Below are positions 56,813 through 64,000 of a DNA stretch of 64,000 nucleotides, piece after piece; positions within the stretch are counted from its first letter, which is position 1; every line of letters begins with the position of its first letter. Source of the stretch: an uncultured Alphaproteobacteria bacterium (GTDB taxonomy: Bacteria; Pseudomonadota; Alphaproteobacteria; RF32; CAG-239); assembly GCA_944389095.1 (NCBI GenBank), contig CALXLC010000023.1, forward strand, positions 84 through 64,083. Direction: 5' to 3'. Below the pieces are notes generated by a model. It worked only from the letters and a program-made list of their open reading frames with translations. It was not told the origin of the DNA and did no database searches. The position numbers were made by a program, and so were the translations under genes.

Positions 56813-56866
56813 TCTTTTCTCCTTTGTTGCCGAGTATAGCGCAATTACTTTAAGATTGGCTTAACA

Positions 56867-58093
56867 TTAATAAAAACGATAGGCCAAAATTATTGCCGCG
56901 GCTATTCCCACCGCATCGGCCAAAAGCGCGCAGGGCAACGCCGCGCCAACTCTGGTGATTTTAACAGCCCCGAAATAAACCGCCAAAACATAAAAGGTGG
57001 TTTCCGTCGATCCCTGAATTACGGCCGCCGTAAATGCCGGAAAGCTGTCGGCCCCGTATGTTTGCATGGTTTCAATCATCATTGCACGGGCTCCGCTGCC
57101 GGACAACGGTTTAAGCAAGGCCGTCGGCAAAGCCGGAACAAAATCGGTATTCCCTCCCAAAAGAACTACGACCTCCCCTAAACCGTCTACCAGCAAATCT
57201 AAAACGCCGGAGGTCCGCAGGACCGCTATGGCAACCAGCATGGCTACCAGATAAGGAATTATCCGTACCGCAATATCAAAACCCTCTTTAGCGCCGCTGA
57301 TAAATGCCTCGTAAACATTCAGCCTCTTAATCAGACCGGCGGCAATAAAGCCGACGATAATCAAAAAAAGCACAAAATTTCCGGCATCGGCCGACGCCTG
57401 CAAACGCACGGTTTCCGGCAGGCTGGAAAACCACCAGGCCGCGCTTCCGACACAGCAGGCAAAAAAGCCAAGATACGCCAAAACAACCCGGTTAAAAATG
57501 TTCAGCCGCTGAACGGCCGCAATGCTCAAAAAGCCGACCAGTGTTGAAATCGATGTTGCCAACAGAATCGGGATAAATACGGCCGCCGGATCTGCTGCAC
57601 CGAGTTCGGCCCGATACATCAGAATCGTAATGGGAATTAATGTTACCGAAGAAGCGTTAATCACCATAAACAACTCTTGCGCCCCGGATGCTTTTTCTTT
57701 GGATGGGTTCAGTTCCTGAAGCTGCTCCATGGCCTTCAGCCCCATCGGCGTAGCGGCATTGTCCAGTCCCAGAATATTGGCGGCAATATTCATAATCATG
57801 GAGCCCATGGCCGGAGAATTGTCCGGAACTTCCGGCATAATCCGGCGAAACAACGGCCGCAGAGCCCGGGCCAAAAGTTCCGTCAGTCCCGCACGTTCGG
57901 CAATTTTCAGCAATCCGAGCCAAAGGCAGAGGATTCCTGTCAGATTAATAGAAATTTCAAAAGCCGTTTTAGCCGAGGCAAAAACCGCAGCCACCAGCTG
58001 CGTCCAAATAACGGAACCTTCTCCCCATGCGGCCTGAAAGACGGCTCCTGCAAATGCGGCAACAAAAAAGCCGGCCCAAATAAAATTTAACAT
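56867..58093 (-). CDS. Nucleoside-recognition (Gate) domain membrane protein, SpmA/SpmB-like fusion
   Basis: 408 aa, polytopic. The MLNFIWAGFF..., PAMGSMIMNIAANILGLDNAATPMGLKAM block is typical of the SpmA/SpmB family. Confidence 0.6.
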   Translation of the reverse strand: MLNFIWAGFFVAAFAGAVFQAAWGEGSVIWTQLVAAVFASAKTAFEISINLTGILCLWLGLLKIAERAGLTELLARALRPLFRRIMPEVPDNSPAMGSMIMNIAANILGLDNAATPMGLKAMEQLQELNPSKEKASGAQELFMVINASSVTLIPITILMYRAELGAADPAAVFIPILLATSISTLVGFLSIAAVQRLNIFNRVVLAYLGFFACCVGSAAWWFSSLPETVRLQASADAGNFVLFLIIVGFIAAGLIKRLNVYEAFISGAKEGFDIAVRIIPYLVAMLVAIAVLRTSGVLDLLVDGLGEVVVLLGGNTDFVPALPTALLKPLSGSGARAMMIETMQTYGADSFPAFTAAVIQGSTETTFYVLAVYFGAVKITRVGAALPCALLADAVGIAAAIILAYRFY

Positions 58094-58159
58094 TTTTCCT
58101 CCCGACCTCAGCGCGGCTTATTTGCAAAAAACATATTGCTAACTTTGCCGCCAGAAACT

Positions 58160-59112
58160 CTAACCCTTGAAAGTCTGGTTTTCTTTTTTGCGCTTTTTCA
58201 ACGCGGACAATTTGTCGCTGACGACCGAAGTATCGCGTCCGGTTTTGGCCAAACGATCATACATCCGCTCAATTTCTTTTTCCAGATAGGCCCGTTCGAT
58301 TTCATTGGCCAGTTCCTGCCGTTCCTCAGCACTGCCGTGGAGGCTGGTTTGCTTCATCTCGGACATAATGTCTTCAACATGAACACTGCTGTCGGTTTTC
58401 TTTTTCAAAAAATACGGAAGTTCATATATCAACTGCCGGGTTGAGGCATAGGCTTCCGCCGTGTTGCTGCCCTGATATCGCAATTTCAGCAGACGAAATA
58501 CCACGCCCAGTTCGTAACTGTTGTCTACCACGATAAACGGCATCGGATCGGCAAAACCACTGGAGGCAATGCTTTTAAGATATTCAACCAGATGATGAAA
58601 ATATCCTTCTACATTATACAGAATAAACGGTTTTATCTGTAAAAAACCGTCTTGCATGGCAACACAATCATAGGCAAGTTCGTCCAATGTGCCTACGCCG
58701 CCGGGAGCAAAAACCACAAAATCCGCGTCAAGAAGTTTTTGTTTCCGTTCTTCCAGTGTTTGGGCCACGATAATGTCTTCCACCTGGCTCAGAATTTCAT
58801 CGGTTTGATAAAGGCTGTAATATTCTTTGGTGGTAATTCCCTGAATCGGTGATCCCTTGCATTTTTTATGATTCCACCCGTCCAAAACCCCTCGGGCGAC
58901 GGCTCCCATAATGCCGCAGCTGGACAAGCCGAAATCCAGCTTGAAATCCATTTTGGCTATCTGCCGGCCGAGATTGTAAGCTTCTTCAACATAAACGGGA
59001 TCATTGCCGGAGCGGGAACCGCCCGCGACAAAAACTCTTAACCCTTCCCGGGCGTTCTCTTCCCGAAACGAATCGACAACTTCTTCTACACTCTGGTTAT
59101 CACATTTTTCCA

Positions 59113-59113
<1 letters not shown>
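58160..59113 (-). CDS. LOG-family nucleotide phosphoribohydrolase-like protein with a ~110-aa coiled-coil C-terminal extension
   Basis: RVFVAGGSRSG, CGIMGAVARG, LEERK and PGGVGTLDE motifs. The start overlaps the tgt stop (TAATG). Confidence 0.7.
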
Positions 59114-61040
<1,927 letters not shown>

Positions 61041-61096
61041 GTTCTTCTCCCCGAGACGGATACCAGTCCTAACACCTTAAATTAGCGAAGTTAATT

Positions 61097-61732
61097 TTAT
61101 CTTAAGGAGGCAATGTTTCCGGCATAGTCCCCGCCGGCAAAAATCGATGTTCCGGCAACCAGAATATCGGCGCCGGCCGCCACGGCTTCGGCACCGGTCA
61201 AGGCATTGATTCCGCCGTCGACTTCAATTTTGATATCGCGTTCGCCAATCATTGCTTTTATCCGGCTTATTTTTTCAAGCTGGCTTTCCAAAAAATTCTG
61301 GCCGCCGAATCCCGGGTTGACAGTCATTACCAACACCATATCCAGCTTGTCCAGCACATAACGCAAAACCTCTTCCGGCGTGGCCGGATTGAGCGAAACA
61401 CCGGCTTTAACGCCAAGAGTACGCAGCGTCTCCAATGTTTTATCCAGATGACGGCAAGCTTCGGCATGCACGGTTATGATATCGGCGCCGGCATTGGCAA
61501 ACCACCCCAGCATGGCATCCGGATTTTCAACCATGAGGTGAACATCAAACGGCAGTTTGGTATAGGGGCGAATCGCCTTAACAACCGCCGGACCGAAAGT
61601 CAAATTCGGTACATAGGCACCGTCCATAATATCAAGGTGAATCATGTCCGCCCCTGCTTCGTCAAGGCGGATAATCTCATTTTTTAAATCGGCAAAATCC
61701 GCCGATAAGACACTGGGGGCGATTAAAACCAT
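61097..61732 (-). CDS. rpe: Ribulose-phosphate 3-epimerase
   Basis: IAPSVLSADFA, HLDIMDG.YVPN, VNPGFGGQ.F. Confidence 0.92.
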   Translation of the reverse strand: MVLIAPSVLSADFADLKNEIIRLDEAGADMIHLDIMDGAYVPNLTFGPAVVKAIRPYTKLPFDVHLMVENPDAMLGWFANAGADIITVHAEACRHLDKTLETLRTLGVKAGVSLNPATPEEVLRYVLDKLDMVLVMTVNPGFGGQNFLESQLEKISRIKAMIGERDIKIEVDGGINALTGAEAVAAGADILVAGTSIFAGGDYAGNIASLR

Positions 61733-61905
61733 TTTTATCTCTCCTTACTTTATGTTTTCAGGATAACCCAAGAGAAATTTAATTGCCAGACAAATTTCAT
61801 CTTTCGCCATGCTAAAAAATTTATTTTTGCGGGCTTGATTTCACCCCGAAAAAGATTACCTCAAAGCAAGAAACAATCAAACCAATTTGCTGAGGAGAAA
61901 ATCAA

Positions 61906-62418
61906 ATGGGTGAAATGGCTCAAAAAATCATCAAACTTGACCGGGGAGAACTTATCAGAGAACTCAATGTCGCCTTTGCCGAGGAATGGCTGGCTTATTA
62001 TCAATACTGGATCGGCGCCCAAGTCATGGTGGGACCGATGCGGCCGCTGATTGCCGACGAGTTTATCGAGCATGCCAATGAGGAACTCAAGCACGCCCAA
62101 TGGCTGAGCGACAGAATTATTCAGCTGGGCGGAAAACCGGTGATTGATTTTGCAGATTTGCAGAGAACCGCTCAGTGCAAATATGAAGCTCCGGATAAAC
62201 CTTATGTCATGAATCTGATTGAGCAAAACGTCGTTGCCGAGCGCTGCGCCATTGCCCGTTATCAAAAAATCTGCGACATGACTTTCGGCAAAGATTATGA
62301 AACTTATCGCATGTCGGCCAAAATTTTGAAGGAAGAAATCGAACACGAGCAGGAAATCGGTGATTTCAGCGACGATCTTCGGGCCGGTGCCGAGCTTCAT
62401 GATAATCTTGAAAAATAA
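61906..62418 (+). CDS. Ferritin-like diiron protein (Dps-like/ferritin superfamily)
   Basis: Paired E..H motifs (ANEELKHAQ and KEEIEHEQE) in a four-helix-length ORF. Confidence 0.65.
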   Translation: MGEMAQKIIKLDRGELIRELNVAFAEEWLAYYQYWIGAQVMVGPMRPLIADEFIEHANEELKHAQWLSDRIIQLGGKPVIDFADLQRTAQCKYEAPDKPYVMNLIEQNVVAERCAIARYQKICDMTFGKDYETYRMSAKILKEEIEHEQEIGDFSDDLRAGAELHDNLEK

Positions 62419-62437
62419 ATTGTTTATTTTCAATATG

Positions 62438-62469
62438 ATGCCGCTTATTTACCTTATAAGCGGCATTTT
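62438..62469 (+). terminator. Rho-independent terminator of the ferritin-like gene
   Basis: atgccgcttat/ataagcggcat stem, then tttt. Confidence 0.75.
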
Positions 62470-62613
62470 AATTATTGACATATTTGTACAAATATTCCAA
62501 AATAGCCTCAACAACAGATTCGAAAAATCCCCAATTAATCTGTTTTTTACCTTGTCTTATTTACAAACTATAATCCTACTCCAAATAATAAAAAGGTTTG
62601 TGACCAAGCGGGT

Positions 62614-62650
62614 AAAAGGAAAGCCTGAGAGCATGCTCTCAGGCTTTTTC
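62614..62650 (-). terminator. Hairpin terminator downstream of fba
   Basis: aaagcctgagagc/gctctcaggcttt palindrome (62620-62647). Confidence 0.65.
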
Positions 62651-62667
62651 CGTTGCGGAAAGGCAAT

Positions 62668-63717
62668 TTAGATTTCGCCGGCCGCATAGCGTTTGGCCAT
62701 TTCGGACATCGGAACGGCTTTGATTTTGTCGGCATGACCGGCGGCACCAAAGGCAATGTAACGGGCCTCGCAGACTTTCTGCATTTCTTCAATGGCCGGC
62801 TTGAGGTATTTGCGCGGGTCAAACTCTTTGGGATTTTCGGCAAAGATTTTGCGAATCGCGCCGGTGATGGCCATGCGGCAGTCCGTATCGACGTTAACTT
62901 TGCGGACGCCGGATTTAATCCCGCGGACAATTTCCTCGACCGGAACGCCGAAGGTTTGCGGAATGGCACCGCCGTATGCATTAATCAAATCCTGCAGCTC
63001 CTGCGGCACAGAAGATGACCCGTGCATTACCATGTGGGTGTTTGGCAGTTTTTTATGAATTTTTTCAATCACGTCAATGGCCAGGATTTCGCCGTCCGGC
63101 TTGCGGGTAAACTTATAAGCGCCATGAGATGTTCCGACGGCAACGGCCAGAGCATCCAGTTTGGTCTCGGCAACAAAGCGGGCGGCTTCGTCCGGATCGG
63201 TTACCAGACGTTTCTTGTCAATCACGCCTTCGGCACCGTGGCCGTCTTCTTTATCACCTTTGCCGGTTTCGAGAGAGCCGATAACCCCGAGTTCACCTTC
63301 GACGGAAGCTCCGACGGCATGCGCCCGGGCAACAACCTCTTTGGTAACCTTTACATTATATTCAAAGGAAGACGGTGTTTTGCCGTCGGCTTCCAAAGAA
63401 CCGTCCATCATGACGGAAGAATAGCCGTTGACAATGGCAGACTGACAAATGTCGACTGAAGACCCGTGATCCTGGTGAATACATATCGGCAGTTCGGGAA
63501 ACATTTCTATTCCGGCGGCAACCATATGACGAATCATCGGATCTCCGGCAAATTTGCGGGCGCCGGTCGATGTTTGCAGAATAACCGGAGCATTGACTTT
63601 TTTGGCAGCCTGCAAAACGGCGATAACCTGTTCCATATCGTTGATGTTAAAAGCCGGAACGCCGTAACCGTTCTCAGCGGCATGGTCAAGAATCTGACGC
63701 ATTGTAACTAAAGGCAT
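62668..63717 (-). CDS. fba: Fructose-bisphosphate aldolase, class II
   Basis: MPLVTMRQILDHAAENGYGVPAFN, HQDHG, GELG, GTSHGAYKF. Confidence 0.92.
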   Translation of the reverse strand: MPLVTMRQILDHAAENGYGVPAFNINDMEQVIAVLQAAKKVNAPVILQTSTGARKFAGDPMIRHMVAAGIEMFPELPICIHQDHGSSVDICQSAIVNGYSSVMMDGSLEADGKTPSSFEYNVKVTKEVVARAHAVGASVEGELGVIGSLETGKGDKEDGHGAEGVIDKKRLVTDPDEAARFVAETKLDALAVAVGTSHGAYKFTRKPDGEILAIDVIEKIHKKLPNTHMVMHGSSSVPQELQDLINAYGGAIPQTFGVPVEEIVRGIKSGVRKVNVDTDCRMAITGAIRKIFAENPKEFDPRKYLKPAIEEMQKVCEARYIAFGAAGHADKIKAVPMSEMAKRYAAGEI

Positions 63718-63782
63718 AATTTTCTCCTTAACATATTGTAGCAACTATCGGCCAATATATTACCACGGAGATTTTTTGCAAG

Positions 63783-63818
63783 AAAAAACTCACACAACGT
63801 TATATTGTGTGAGTTTTT
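63783..63818 (-). terminator. Terminator of the partial upstream gene
   Basis: ctcacacaa/ttgtgtgag stem, flanked by A6 and T5. Confidence 0.7.
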
Positions 63819-63830
63819 AAGACAATAATT

Positions 63831-64000
63831 TTAACCCGCCTGTTTGTCAGAGGTTTGAACTTGGCGTTGACGACGGCGATAGAATTCTTCTGTAATGAGT
63901 TCATAATCCGCACCATCTTCAGTTTGAGCATACCGCCACTCGGTTTTGCCTATTGCCCGGAACATACTGTTTACACCGTAATTGCGCACCTTTGTTTTAT
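63831..64000 (-). CDS. 3' end of an ORF truncated by the window edge (unknown function)
   Basis: My own translation of the minus strand: ...KTKVRNYGVNSMFRAIGKTEWRYAQTEDGADYELITEEFYRRRQRQVQTSDKQAG*, followed by a terminator. Confidence 0.4.
   Translation of the reverse strand, partial: KTKVRNYGVNSMFRAIGKTEWRYAQTEDGADYELITEEFYRRRQRQVQTSDKQAG

Noticed and set aside
58094-58159. preQ1 riboswitch upstream of the nucleoside-recognition membrane protein or tgt
   Set aside because: The 66-nt and 80-nt leaders show only a Shine-Dalgarno (gggagga / aaaggaaa). They lack the compact hairpin plus A-rich tail characteristic of preQ1 aptamers.

Overview
Gene-dense chromosomal segment of about 60 CDS that reads as an alphaproteobacterium. 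Lineage-typical markers are DUF1013/TrcR, FlbT plus flagellin, a ZauP-like/ZapA/6S-RNA arrangement, and SecB/Tim44-like/MltA/Smr synteny. Most genes are housekeeping: rpmE, efp, eno, type-2 ileS, tyrS, alr, tgt, rpe, class II fba, dtd, uup and anmK. Accessory genes with an anaerobe or host-associated flavour are interleaved: the hydG-hydF [FeFe]-hydrogenase maturases, a Bat aerotolerance-type VWA/TPR operon, a Sel1-repeat protein, a zeta-toxin-like kinase and a 1398-aa orphan protein. I found no rRNA, tRNA, CRISPR array, transposase or integrase. The observations most worth a second look are listed here. (1) A strongly promoted, signal-peptide-bearing Cys-rich repeat protein gene is broken by a TGA at a Cys-equivalent position and by a 1-nt frameshift in a G4 run. 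(2) A 483-aa orphan carries a motif series resembling the RelA/SpoT (alarmone synthetase) nucleotidyltransferase fold. (3) tgt is translationally coupled to a long LOG-family phosphoribohydrolase and followed by a nucleoside-recognition membrane protein. (4) hydF-hydG are coupled to tcdA/tatD, with no hydE or hydA nearby. (5) A composite REP/MITE-like repeat family with 3 x 57-bp tandem units also supplies the C-terminus of one ORF. (6) One ORF fuses a peptidase C26 domain to a VanX-type D-Ala-D-Ala dipeptidase domain. (7) There are several orphan promoter/terminator pairs and an 800-bp non-coding island. All functional calls rest on motif recognition by eye and on remembered family signatures. 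No database search was run.
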